NCBI GenBank assembly: GCA_963745835.1
Contig: CAVUZH010000013.1
Location: forward strand, 160,001 to 224,000
From: an uncultured delta proteobacterium
GTDB taxonomy: Bacteria > Desulfobacterota > Binatia > UBA9968
Direction: 5' to 3'
DNA: 64,000 nt
Of this stretch, positions 9,681 through 19,682 are shown piece after piece (the stretch's first letter is position 1; every line of letters begins with the position of its first letter). Below the pieces are notes generated by a model. That model searched no databases, was not told the origin of the DNA, and saw only the letters and a program-made list of their open reading frames with translations. The translations under genes were made by a program, and so were the position numbers.

Positions 9681-10891
9681 TCAGCGACTACCATAGGCGA
9701 TAAGACGCCGCTCGCGCTCGATTTGGTGAAGCACGGCAGGATCGTTCGCCCATAAGTGACCGTGCCCACGGTTGAACGATTGCCCGAGATCCACGCTCGC
9801 CTTTAGGTAATGCGGCAGAAATTCCTTCGCGTTCGTGCCCTCGACGTGACGGTTGTCGTAGTTCAGTTCGAAGAAAACTCCCTCATTGCTTAGGAGCTCC
9901 GATATCTTACGGGCGTAATAGCGGATCTGCACTTCGGACATCTCGGACAGCGACATCGTGTTGACGACCAGAACGACCTTGCGCCCCTTGGCGCTGAATT
10001 CCTCGAAACGGTAATTCGGCAGCCCAAAGATACCCTCTCCGGAACAGGACCGGGAACATTCCGGGTGAATCCCTCGCCACAGTTCCGGTCGGGTTACCGA
10101 GAGATACATCGCGGCGACGATCAGGGACTCGGGCAGGTCGCACGCCCAGTAGCTCGCCGTCGGCAGTATCTCCGAGAAGAAATAGGTAAATCCCCCGTAA
10201 CCGCTGCCGATCTCCAGCACGGTGACCGGCTTCCCGGAAGTGGCTCGGTTTTCCAGCCAGGGAAGCACACCAGCCTGATACAGAATCGCGATGATGTCCT
10301 GGTATGCAGTGAGGTCGCGGTTCACCACATAACCATCTACGTCCCAGCCGATCTCGCCCATGATACGCGGCACTTTGACCAAATACTTGTTCGGGATCTC
10401 TCTCGGATTTTTTTGAAAGCCGCAACACTTATGTCGGGCGGAGCGCCGCGATGCTTGGCGTCGTACTCCGCAGCGGACACGACCTCGGGCGCCGGGGGAT
10501 GCTTCCTAGGATAATCGAAGTTATAGAGGTCCCATCCCGTGAAGACCTCCATGTGGAATCGAAGCTGATCCACCTTTTCGCGAGTGGGCTTGTTCGCTAG
10601 GAACGCCCTAAACGGATTGGACGGATTGACCACGTCCTTCCACCCCTGGCCTGGAAGGAACGTCGCTTCGTCGAGTCCATTGGATTTCATATATGTCGCA
10701 CGCTCTTCGTCCGCCTTCTTTCCCTGGACCCAGGCGGCCGTGGCTCGCTCGTATTCGGCGTCCGTCAAAGGTCGTTGCTGCTGCAACAGAACGATATCAT
10801 GGGCGGGTTTGTTGCAGCCGAGAAAAAGGAACAGCGCCAGAGCGAGAACCGTCCGTGTTGCCGTACCAGTAGCTTGGGGCCGTGTACGCAT
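9681..10891 (-). CDS. Putative sugar O-methyltransferase family protein with lipoprotein-like N-terminus (frameshift near 10395)
   Basis: ORFs 10337..10891 and 9681..10382 join across an A7/GA-repeat; motifs VLEIGSGYGG, CDLPESL, VNTMSLSEM; lipobox FLG-C. Confidence 0.75.
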
Positions 10892-10964
10892 AGGCAGTTC
10901 CTTTCGAGCATCATTAATCGCGCAGAACGAAAAGATTTGTCAAATACGCTGTGCTAGTGCACCC

Positions 10965-11033
10965 TAAGATTGAATTGATCGACGCATCAGTTCAAACATC
11001 GAGAGATTGCGGTGCTGGAACCCAGTCAAATTG
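10965..11033 (+). repeat. Hairpin repeat element, copy 5 (left arm intact)
   Basis: TAAGATTGAATTGATCGACGCATCAG...AGATTG; the right arm is degenerate. Confidence 0.7.
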
Positions 11034-11146
11034 TCTCTATGCTTCTATTCGCAAAAGCCTCCTTGCGGCTCTTCCAGCATTATCAACAAACTGCGGGAGC
11101 ACGGTCTTGTTAATGAATGACTGGCTAACCACCTACACCCAGACTG

Positions 11147-11977
11147 ATGTATAACCAACGAAAGCTTATGCTGGTAAAAATATTTCTCGCCCTAAGTAGT
11201 ATCTCACCACACCTTAAGAAATTGCTGTGGAAGCAATGGTATCAGTTTTTAGCCAGTCACTATCCGACCAAAGACTGGTCGTTCATGAATTACGGCTACA
11301 CGCCAATAGACGATCACTCCGAGATGCTGAGGTTGAATGAAGCAGATGAGCCTGACCGTTATGCCATCCAGTTATATCACCACGTGACGGGTACGGTCGA
11401 TTTAACGAATCTAGACGTATTGGAAATCGGCAGCGGGCGCGGTGGGGGCGCATCGTACGTTGCACGATACTTGAAACCCAAAACGTTGACCGGCATGGAT
11501 TTTTCAGACAGAACCATTGAGTTCTGTAAGCACATTCATGCCGTTGACGGACTCTCATTCATCAAGGGCGACGCTGAAGCATTGGCTTTTGATGCAGGAA
11601 GTTTTGACGCGATAATCAATATTGAATCGTCGCATTGTTATGGTTCGATGGAAACTTTTCTTGCAAATGTGAAAAGAGTGCTTCGTCAAAATGGATATTT
11701 TTTCTACGCGGATTTTCGCAACAAAAATGATCTCGCGGTTTTACACAGTCAGATGGAGAAATCGGGCATGAAGATTCTCAAACGAGAAGATATTACAGCG
11801 AACGTTCTCAGGTCATTGGATCTGGACGATCAACGGAAACTGATACTTATACGAGATCTGTTTCGGAAAGGGCTACTGAAGCCATTTCAAGAATTCGCCG
11901 GCGTAAAAGGTTCGAAGATCCATTCCGGCTTTCAGAGTGGCAAAATGATTTATTTGCATTATGTTCTGCAGAAATAA
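11147..11977 (+). CDS. Class I SAM methyltransferase (phthiotriol/fatty-acid O-methyltransferase-like)
   Basis: FMNYGY, RYAIQLYHHV, VLEIGSGRGGG, NIESSHCY motifs; AT-rich relative to neighbours. Confidence 0.85.
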   Translation: MYNQRKLMLVKIFLALSSISPHLKKLLWKQWYQFLASHYPTKDWSFMNYGYTPIDDHSEMLRLNEADEPDRYAIQLYHHVTGTVDLTNLDVLEIGSGRGGGASYVARYLKPKTLTGMDFSDRTIEFCKHIHAVDGLSFIKGDAEALAFDAGSFDAIINIESSHCYGSMETFLANVKRVLRQNGYFFYADFRNKNDLAVLHSQMEKSGMKILKREDITANVLRSLDLDDQRKLILIRDLFRKGLLKPFQEFAGVKGSKIHSGFQSGKMIYLHYVLQK

Positions 11978-12280
11978 CCGGCAGACAGGAAACAAGAAAC
12001 CGTGGCATATCACACCTCCGGGAAGGTGTAGTTCGATAATTATAAACTATAAGCACGCCGCCCGTCGATTTTACGCGGGCCTCGCCTATGATCTTTGAGC
12101 AGTTCGCTTTGAGCAGTCTCGTCTCCTTCTGAGAGTATTTCAGCGGAATACTAAGTAAGTGATTGACCCCGACCCATTGCTGTTTTTGAATTTGCACGGA
12201 ATTGGTGTTCGTCGTATCGTTGAGGCAAACGATTGACGCGGACCAGGTTCGGTTCGGACTTCAGTAGAAGAGAAAATTTC

Positions 12281-13390
12281 ATGGAGGCGCATTTGGAACA
12301 GAAGCTCATCGATGCTGATGGTCACGTGCTCGAAGACGAGACTCTCCTGGATTTCCTTGAGGAACCCTATCGCAGCTGCAAAGCCCAGGGTGGAATCATC
12401 GGACCGATACGTAACGTCCTGGGCAATGTATTTCCGACTCTGGATTTTCTTCACCTGGCCACGTTCAAGCGCAGCGAGCGGGCCTTTGGCGGCGGTAAGC
12501 GTGTCGGTCCAGATCAGTGGCTCGAGTTTCTCGATGTGGCGAAGTTTGAATATGCGTTTCTTTATCCGACCGTCGGACTCGCCATGGGCAATATCGTCCA
12601 TCCGGACTGGGCGTGCGTGGTGGCGCGTGCTTACAACAACTGGATTCACGACCGCTACATGAAACGCAGCCCGCGGCTTCAGGGCATGGCGCTTCTTCCC
12701 ATGCAAGACGTGAGCGAGGCGGTCAACGAGTTGCGCCGCGCGGTCAAGGAGCTTGGCATGCCTGGAGCGATGCTGCCGTCCCGCGGCTTGCCTTTCGATC
12801 TTGGCCATCGGACCTACTGGCCAGTCTATGCGGAAGCCGAGAAGTTGGGTTGCGCGCTCGCCGTCCACGGCGGCTGTCATCACGGAATGGGTCTTGACAC
12901 CTTTGAGACCTTCGTGCCGATCCACGGACTAGGCCATCCGCTTTCCTTGATCATCGCCTTCTCGGGTATGGTCTATCACGGCGTGTTCAATGAATATCCG
13001 CGGCTGCGAGTCGGTTTTCTCGAGGGTGGCGCCGCCTGGGCGACTTTCTGGATGGATCGAATCGATCGTTCGCATCACTACTTTGGCGAGTTGAATAGGC
13101 AGGGGAGATACAAGGGGCCGTCCATGCAGCAAAAGCCCAGCGAATATCTCAAGAGCGATAATGTTTTCATCGGCTGTGAGGGTGGTGAGGAGGGGCTGGA
13201 TTATCAAATCAAGCGGACGGGAAACTCCCACTTCCTTTTTGCCAGCGACTTTCCCCACGAGATCGGGCCTGAAGATATCCTGCACGAAATTGAAGAGGTG
13301 CAAGAATACCCGGGTCTCAGCGAGGAGGACAAGGCGGCTATTCTCGGCGGCAACGCAAGACGATTCTACCAGGTCCCTCAGGGGCAATAA
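12281..13390 (+). CDS. Amidohydrolase_2 family metal-dependent hydrolase/decarboxylase
   Basis: IDADGH, AYNNW, LAVH, FLEGG, FASDFPH, ILGGNARRFY. Start may be ATG 12281 or TTG 12293. Confidence 0.9.
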   Translation: MEAHLEQKLIDADGHVLEDETLLDFLEEPYRSCKAQGGIIGPIRNVLGNVFPTLDFLHLATFKRSERAFGGGKRVGPDQWLEFLDVAKFEYAFLYPTVGLAMGNIVHPDWACVVARAYNNWIHDRYMKRSPRLQGMALLPMQDVSEAVNELRRAVKELGMPGAMLPSRGLPFDLGHRTYWPVYAEAEKLGCALAVHGGCHHGMGLDTFETFVPIHGLGHPLSLIIAFSGMVYHGVFNEYPRLRVGFLEGGAAWATFWMDRIDRSHHYFGELNRQGRYKGPSMQQKPSEYLKSDNVFIGCEGGEEGLDYQIKRTGNSHFLFASDFPHEIGPEDILHEIEEVQEYPGLSEEDKAAILGGNARRFYQVPQGQ

Positions 13391-13564
13391 CGGTGCGATC
13401 AATAAAAGATCCACGGTGGAGTTTCCGTTTGCGGCGCGCTCGGCGGTTGCCGCCGTCATCCAGTCAAGAAGTCGTGCTGAGACAGGGATGCGGGTTTATG
13501 GGAGTGCATGTACGGATCGAAAGAGACTCAATCATCGAGGAAACCGCACTGAATAGGAGGGCGT

Positions 13565-14605
13565 ATGGAAAAACGAAATATCCGCTTCCGGACAGCGTTC
13601 ATCTTATGGGCATTGTTTTCGTTCTGTCTTGCGGGACCAGTCAGCGGAGCCAAGATCGACTGCGGGCCGGTGACCAATACCAGTAACGACCTCCCGCGCA
13701 CAGCCGCTATAGGAACGAACCCTGCCGGTACCGGAGCGCACTCGGTCGGGAGCGGTCTTGCCGCGGTCGGCAGCAACACGACGCCTATCTCCGTGCGGGT
13801 CCAGCCGTATAACGGTCCCAATGCCTGGATGCCGGTCCTGCAGGGCGGCGAGATCGAGTTCGGCATCATGAACATCCTTGACGCCAAGATGGCGCAAACC
13901 GGCACCGGCAATTACAAGAGACCAAACCCGGAGCTCCGTGTGGTATCCGGCGGCGTATTCCCATTTACCGTAGGTTGGTTTGTCCGTGATAAGTCAGACA
14001 TAAAAGAGACTAAAGATCTGAAGGGCAAACGCATGGCCTGGGATTACGGCGGCCATGCCATCACACAGTCATTGCAGCTAATCTTCCTGGAGGCCGGAGG
14101 CGTCAAGCCAACGGATCTCATCCAGGTGCGGGTTTCGAACATCAACGACGGCGCCAGGGGTGTCGCCGAGGGAAAGATCGACATAGCTGAAACAGGAATC
14201 GGAATTGGACTGGTGGAGGAAGTGAATGCCGCGGAGCCGGTTCGGTTTCTCAGCTTGCCCAATACCGATCAGGCCAAGGCCATTCTGGCGAAATCCGGAG
14301 TTAGCTTAGTCAAGTCCGACCCGGTAACCGGAATCAAAGGCGATACTTACGTGATTGGTTATCCGCTTCATCTTGTGGGTTCCACAAAGGTCAGCGAGAA
14401 AACCGTATATAGCCTGGTGAAAGCCTGGTGGGAAAACTTGAGCGAGCTACAAACCAAGCATCCATTGTTTAAGAAGTGGACAAAGGAAATGCAGGCGCTA
14501 ACGAACTTTACGGTCCCCTATCATCCGGGCGCCATCAAGTTTTATAAAGAAGTAGGGGTCTGGACCCCTGTGCATGAATCTCGTACGAAGGAAATCTGCC
14601 AGTAA
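13565..14605 (+). CDS. TAXI family TRAP transporter solute-binding protein
   Basis: Signal peptide, IGTNPAGT, DLKGKR, C-terminal VPYHPGAIKFYKEVG. Confidence 0.9.
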   Translation: MEKRNIRFRTAFILWALFSFCLAGPVSGAKIDCGPVTNTSNDLPRTAAIGTNPAGTGAHSVGSGLAAVGSNTTPISVRVQPYNGPNAWMPVLQGGEIEFGIMNILDAKMAQTGTGNYKRPNPELRVVSGGVFPFTVGWFVRDKSDIKETKDLKGKRMAWDYGGHAITQSLQLIFLEAGGVKPTDLIQVRVSNINDGARGVAEGKIDIAETGIGIGLVEEVNAAEPVRFLSLPNTDQAKAILAKSGVSLVKSDPVTGIKGDTYVIGYPLHLVGSTKVSEKTVYSLVKAWWENLSELQTKHPLFKKWTKEMQALTNFTVPYHPGAIKFYKEVGVWTPVHESRTKEICQ

Positions 14606-15166
14606 AAGCGGTCGTGCTACATAGCAAAAAACTCTTCGAAAATTTCGGGCGGAAGGAAATGCGAGTGGGAAGCCTTGGCCGGATTATTGGAATAGCACGA
14701 TGATTTACCTACATTATGTTCTGCAGAAGTGAATACCAGCCAGAGATCTTTTTGTGATAGAGCATCCGACTTTAAAGCTGAACGCCTTGACAGCTCTCCA
14801 ATCCGCCAAGCAAAGTCGCCTCGAAATCTTACTAATAGGCAAGCCCGATAAGTGATCGCGGCCGGCATGGCCGCTCGGCAGTACGCCTCAGCAACTCGTG
14901 CGCGGTCTGCCAGACCGGAATCTAAAAAACCTATAGCCCGTCGTGGATGCAGCCGATGATGCGTCAGCTGTGGATGCTAAGCCCCTGGTGGCAGCCAAAT
15001 CACCTGGAGATGCAGAGTTCCAGTTGCGGTCGACTGTATACGATCGGATAGCTGCGTAAACGGAAGGAACACCGGTCGAGCTATTTTCTTGGCCTCTTGG
15101 TTCCAGGCGCAAAGATAACCTCGCGAAATCAGACTTGATACGGATCGCACACCCCGCTCGCCAAAA

Positions 15167-15182
15167 CGGCACGTAGCTTGCG
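15167..15182 (+). promoter_or_regulatory. Putative sigma-54 promoter
   Basis: CGGCACGTAGCTTGCG (GGCAC-N5-TTGC), about 75 nt upstream of 15258. Confidence 0.65.
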
Positions 15183-15257
15183 CTAGAGTTCGGTCATCGA
15201 AGACCGTGTAAACCCGGCACGCACTCCTCGATACGACCTGAACTCAAGGAGGGCAAA

Positions 15258-15743
15258 ATGGCGGACTCTATTCTAGTCGCTCTTGACGAAACCCAGCACA
15301 TCCACCGCTTCATGCCCCATCTGAAATCGACCGCTCGGCCGGGAGAGACTATTATCTTTCTCATACGCACGGCGACATCAACCTGGGGTGACGTGGAAAC
15401 TCATCTGCCCATGGTCGAAACCGGCAACATAACCTCGCGGGAATACCGGGGTAGCGCATGGCGATTCAACGTCGACCAAGAAAAACAGAAAGCAGAACGC
15501 AACTTAGAGTTGATCTGCGAAGCGCTCCGGCGCAAGGGGATTAACGCAGAAGTTAAGATGTATGCAGGCGGGTTGAGCAAAGCAGTGCGAGAATGCGCAA
15601 AAACAGGCGCTACTCGCTTAATTATGATGCCGGCGAATTACCCAAGGATCCAGGTGGTAAAGGCTTTTTTAGCTGCTCTGAAATTATTTAGCCATCACAT
15701 GCCCGCGGTAGCGTTGCTGCCTCCCAGTTATATCGAGCGATGA
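15258..15743 (+). CDS. Universal stress protein-like protein
   Basis: AAGGAGG RBS; ILVALD start, ALRRKGINAEV, LIMM pattern consistent with a USP fold. Confidence 0.65.
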   Translation: MADSILVALDETQHIHRFMPHLKSTARPGETIIFLIRTATSTWGDVETHLPMVETGNITSREYRGSAWRFNVDQEKQKAERNLELICEALRRKGINAEVKMYAGGLSKAVRECAKTGATRLIMMPANYPRIQVVKAFLAALKLFSHHMPAVALLPPSYIER

Positions 15744-15876
15744 TCTCTGACAGTTGCTTGGATGAAAGCTGGTGCCTGGGCGAAACCTAGTTCCGGACAC
15801 CTCTCCTTACCAGGTGTGGGCCGAGCCAATCTCGCATAACATTCGCGTGCTCTCGGGTAGTGACTTCTCGGTCGAT

Positions 15877-17280
15877 TTAAATTTTCAAAGCCAACTGCGA
15901 TGCGCTTTCTCCGGCCAAGATTCCCGTCACCAGCGCTTGCATCAAACCGCCGGTGTAGCCGCCGCGATAGCCGCCCATCAGCCCGCCTATGGCGTCCCCG
16001 GCAGCGTAGAGGCCGTGAATCGGCTTCTCGTCTTCGTTCAGAACTTCGGCGCGTCCATTCACCAGGATGCCGCCCATGGTGAAAGTAATCCCGGGAACGA
16101 CTCGCAGACCATAGAATGGCGCGCGCAGCGGTCTCGGCTTGCCGGTGCGCGGGATACTCAACGCGCTGAGGTTATTCGAACGGATGGCGCGATTATAATC
16201 GTCGAGCGTCCGAGCAAGTCGCTGATCATCGACACCGAGGATTTTCGCCAATCCCTCGATCGATGAATCCTTGTAAATCTCACCCTCTTTATCGAGAAGC
16301 CAGGGATTCGGCGCGGGCGTATTCACTGAATTCGAGACGGCATCGGCTTTTGCCGCGTCCCAGCTTTGCTGATCGAAGATGAGAACCGCCCCAGTCACGT
16401 CATCCACTCGCGCCAACTCATTTGCCAGCGCGACATCGCCCCGTCCCTCATCGATAAAGCGTTGACCTTCGCGGTCAATGAGAATTCCTTCATCAACGAA
16501 CGAGTCCAAACGGGGGTAAGGCCAAAACCGGTCATCCGTGAGAGCCTTTCGCGACAACAAATGGCCGTAAAAATACTTGAGATTGACCGCCTTAGCACCA
16601 ACGTCGATGGCCATGCGCAAGCCGTCGCCCGTGCATTGCTTGGAGCCCCGCAGCTTACATTCGTTCGGCGTGAGGTCCGATATATTTCTTCACCAGTTCC
16701 TTATTTGCGCTGAAGCCGCCTGTACAGAGCACGGTTGCGCCAGCCCGCAGTTCAATCTGTTCGCCCGCCCGTGAGCCGATAACTCCGCAGATCCGACCGC
16801 TTTCATAGATCAATTTTTCTCCTTTGACGCCGCTTACGTAGCTTCCGCCAAGTTGGTTCAGACTTTTTTGAGACTCGCGAGCGCGTGCGTGCCGACATCT
16901 TTCTTGTAAACCGGCGCGAGCGAGACCTCCCCCGCCTGATCCAGCCAAACTCTGCCGGCCGCGCTTTCATTGACGTTAACCCCGCTGCTGATCAACCAGT
17001 CGACCGCGCGTCCGCAGGTCAGCGACCAGGCTTTGACAAGGTCGGGGTAACCGACGCCTTCCGACATGACAGATTCATACAATTCCCTCGAACTCGTCCG
17101 CGGACTCTTGCCGCCTGCGCGCAAACTCCCGGAAGCCATCAGAATATTGCCATCGCCGAGCGGGCCATTGCTTTTATCGGTCAAGATGACTTTTGCGCCT
17201 TTCTCAGCGGCGCGAACGGCGGCCGTGAAGCCGGCTAGTCCGGCACCGACGACAAGAATATCAGTCGATAAAATTTCCAT
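15877..17280 (-). CDS. FAD-dependent oxidoreductase (FAD_binding_2, fumarate-reductase/TcuA-like flavoprotein), two frameshifts
   Basis: DILVVGAGLAG Rossmann motif, VLCTGGF, TGDGLRMA, PGITFTMGG, PIHGLYAAG. Three ORF pieces join via 1-nt indels at about 16866 (A-run) and about 16665. Confidence 0.85.
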
Positions 17281-17285
17281 TGGCG

Positions 17286-18299
17286 TTACGGCAATTTGTA
17301 TCCCAATTCTTTGGCTACTTCGGTTGCGAGTCGTTCATCCGCGACATCGTTTAAAGCAACTCTCCGATCGGTGAACCGCCCTTGAGCTTGGAGCGAGCGC
17401 ACCAGATTGTCCATACCCGCTCGATTGGGAATACCGGTCGGATTAAGCGTAGCTTGAAACGCATCGTAGGTTTCCGAGGCGGTTTCTTTGTCCATTTTCA
17501 AAAGACGAATGATCAACTCCACCGTCTTCGGCTTGGACTTGCGTACCTCGTCCTTGGCCGCCTGCAGAGCATGGATGACTCGCTTCACCTCAGCCGGCCT
17601 GGATTGAATGGTTTTGATCAGCGTGGTCAAGCCGCCTCCAGGCATTTCTACCATGGCACCGACATCCAAAAGTTTGTTGAAGCCTTTTCTCGCGGCGCTG
17701 AACGTATGCGGTGGCGACAGCAACGCGGCCTCGACAAAACCGGATTCCATCGAATAAAGAACTTGGAGCTGTTGTCCCGGGATGCCGACCATTACGTAGT
17801 CTTTTGGATTAACGGCTGACTTCTCCAAGGCAATTGACAGTGCCACATGGTTTGTGCCGCCCACTCCTCCCGATATCGCAATCTTTTTGCCTTTGAGTTC
17901 CTGGATCGTCTTATACTGCGGCGCAGACTGCAGCCAGTACGATACCCTGTCCGAAGAAAACCAAATCGCGCGCGATGGCAAACCGGTAAGCGTCGCCGCA
18001 ACCGAAGCGGGTCCGACACCGGCAACATAATCGATGTCGCCTTGCGCGATCGCCGCGGCGGCAAGGGTTGGACTCATGACGATCAATTCCACGTCAAGTC
18101 CATTGGCGCTAAACACACCCCAATCCTTAGCCGCGAGGAGCGGAAGTGCCGTGATCGTGAATCCGGCATTGGAAATCCGAACTTTGACGCGGCGGTCCTG
18201 GCTGGCAGCGTCCTGTGACAACAGGACGATCAGTCCCACTGCCATGATCCAACCAACGCACGTCAACGAGTACAGCCGCAAAAATTTCTTTTGCCTCAT
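17286..18299 (-). CDS. ABC transporter substrate-binding protein (NMT1/TauA-like)
   Basis: Signal peptide, GLDVELIVM, ELKGKKIAIS; close paralog of 18409 and 25650. Confidence 0.9.
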   Translation of the reverse strand: MRQKKFLRLYSLTCVGWIMAVGLIVLLSQDAASQDRRVKVRISNAGFTITALPLLAAKDWGVFSANGLDVELIVMSPTLAAAAIAQGDIDYVAGVGPASVAATLTGLPSRAIWFSSDRVSYWLQSAPQYKTIQELKGKKIAISGGVGGTNHVALSIALEKSAVNPKDYVMVGIPGQQLQVLYSMESGFVEAALLSPPHTFSAARKGFNKLLDVGAMVEMPGGGLTTLIKTIQSRPAEVKRVIHALQAAKDEVRKSKPKTVELIIRLLKMDKETASETYDAFQATLNPTGIPNRAGMDNLVRSLQAQGRFTDRRVALNDVADERLATEVAKELGYKLP

Positions 18300-18408
18300 C
18301 GACTCTCCTGGCGCCTTCCCCTTACCTCAGGCGGACGAAAGATGTTAGAAGAATGCATTCGCGCAAAACCCATCCCGCTACCTTCGACGCACGCCCGTGT
18401 TCGGCAAG

Positions 18409-19410
18409 CTATGGGATCTTGTAACCGAGCTCTTTTGCCACTTCGGTTGCGAGCCGGTCGTCGGCGATCTCATTAAACGCTACTTTGCGCTCGCCGTGCC
18501 GGCCCTGTGACTGTACCGCCTTGACGAGTGTCTCCATACCGATGCGGCTGGGAACTCCCGTCGGGCTTAGGGTGGTTAAAAATTGGTCGTAAGTTTCGCT
18601 GGCTGCTTCCTTGTCCATTTTAAGAAGTTTGGTTATCAATTCGACGGTTTTCGGCTTGGATTTTTTGATCTCGTCTTTAGCCTGCTGCAACGAGCGGATA
18701 ACTCGTTTTGTTTCGGCCGGCCGTTCCTGAATCGTCTTTACCAGGGCCGTCAAACCGCCGCCTGGCATCTCCACCATGGCGCCGACATCGAGCAGTTTGT
18801 TGAAACCTTTTTTCTGCGCGCCAAATGTCACCGGCGGCGACATCATCGCGCCATCGACGAATCCCGATTCCAGCGAATAGAGAATTTGGATCTGCTGTCC
18901 TGGAATGGATACTAGAACGAAATCCTTCGGATTGGCTCCGGCCTTTTCCAGAGCCATGTTCATCGCCACATGGATGGTGCCGCCCAAGCCGCTGACCGCA
19001 ATCTTTTTTCCCTTGAGGCTGTCGATGGTTTTAAATGGCGGTTTGGACATCAGCCAATAGGAGATACGGTCGGAAGAGAACCAGATCGCCCGCGTCGGAA
19101 AGCCGCTCAAAGTGGCATTAACCGATGCAGGCCCCACCCCCGCCTGATAATCGATATCCCCTTGGCTCAGCGCCGCCGGTACGATCGATGACTGCATCAG
19201 AATGAGTTCCATATCGAGCCCGTTGGCGGTGAAAAATCCCCATTCCTTGGCGGCGAGCAGCGGCAAAGCGGTGATCGTATAGCCGGCGTTGGATATCCGC
19301 GCCTTGGTGCGTTGTTCTTGCGCGCTAAAGGCGGGAGTGGCTACAGCAATCCCGGCAAGAATTGCCAGCCAAGAAAACCATGAGTTGAGTATGATCGATG
19401 GGTTGCTCAT
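18409..19410 (-). CDS. ABC transporter substrate-binding protein (NMT1/TauA-like)
   Basis: Same motifs and near-identical C-terminus (ADDRLATEVAKELGYK) as 17286. Confidence 0.9.
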   Translation of the reverse strand: MSNPSIILNSWFSWLAILAGIAVATPAFSAQEQRTKARISNAGYTITALPLLAAKEWGFFTANGLDMELILMQSSIVPAALSQGDIDYQAGVGPASVNATLSGFPTRAIWFSSDRISYWLMSKPPFKTIDSLKGKKIAVSGLGGTIHVAMNMALEKAGANPKDFVLVSIPGQQIQILYSLESGFVDGAMMSPPVTFGAQKKGFNKLLDVGAMVEMPGGGLTALVKTIQERPAETKRVIRSLQQAKDEIKKSKPKTVELITKLLKMDKEAASETYDQFLTTLSPTGVPSRIGMETLVKAVQSQGRHGERKVAFNEIADDRLATEVAKELGYKIP

Positions 19411-19524
19411 CGGATATCTCCTCCGTCTGCCAGAATCGCCGGTTAAACTCTTACGTCAACGCCTCTTGCTTGACAAGGTTTTGGTTCCTTGAAAGGATCG
19501 CAAATTGTCATGGCAAGGAATCTA

Positions 19525-19682
19525 TTAGAAGTTTGTGAAGAACTCTCTTTGCAGGCTGCTCAAAAAGATCTCAGAGGCAAGACGCGCGAAGAATCGAAGA
19601 GCGTAGACGTACATAGCGAGTACGTTGCAGTGAGGCGATCGAGCGCAACGAAGCCTATGAGGCTTTTTCAGCAGTCTGCTAG
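19525..19682 (+). mobile_element. ~155-bp MITE, copy A
   Basis: Contains GCAGGCTGCTCAAAAAG and ends TTTTTCAGCAGTCTGCTAG; homologous to 29961-30115 and 53760-53916. Confidence 0.8.

Noticed and set aside
14-11033. Classical integron attC array
   Set aside because: The AAC/GTT core is not conserved in all copies. The region next to the R-like box pairs while the L-like region does not, which is the reverse of attC. Intervening genes lie on both strands and no intI is in the window.
14-11033. CRISPR array
   Set aside because: Repeats are kilobases apart with genes between them; no regular spacers and no cas genes.
12140-12925. 261-aa minus-strand ORF and similar long antisense ORFs (e.g. 23520..24278, 22021..22656, 60817..61557)
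   Set aside because: Shadow ORFs opposite well-supported genes, expected at this GC content, with no recognisable motifs.
16855-16870. Sec-decoded UGA or programmed frameshift in the FAD oxidoreductase
   Set aside because: The continuation is out of frame, and restoring one A in the homopolymer run repairs it, which is typical of a sequencing indel.
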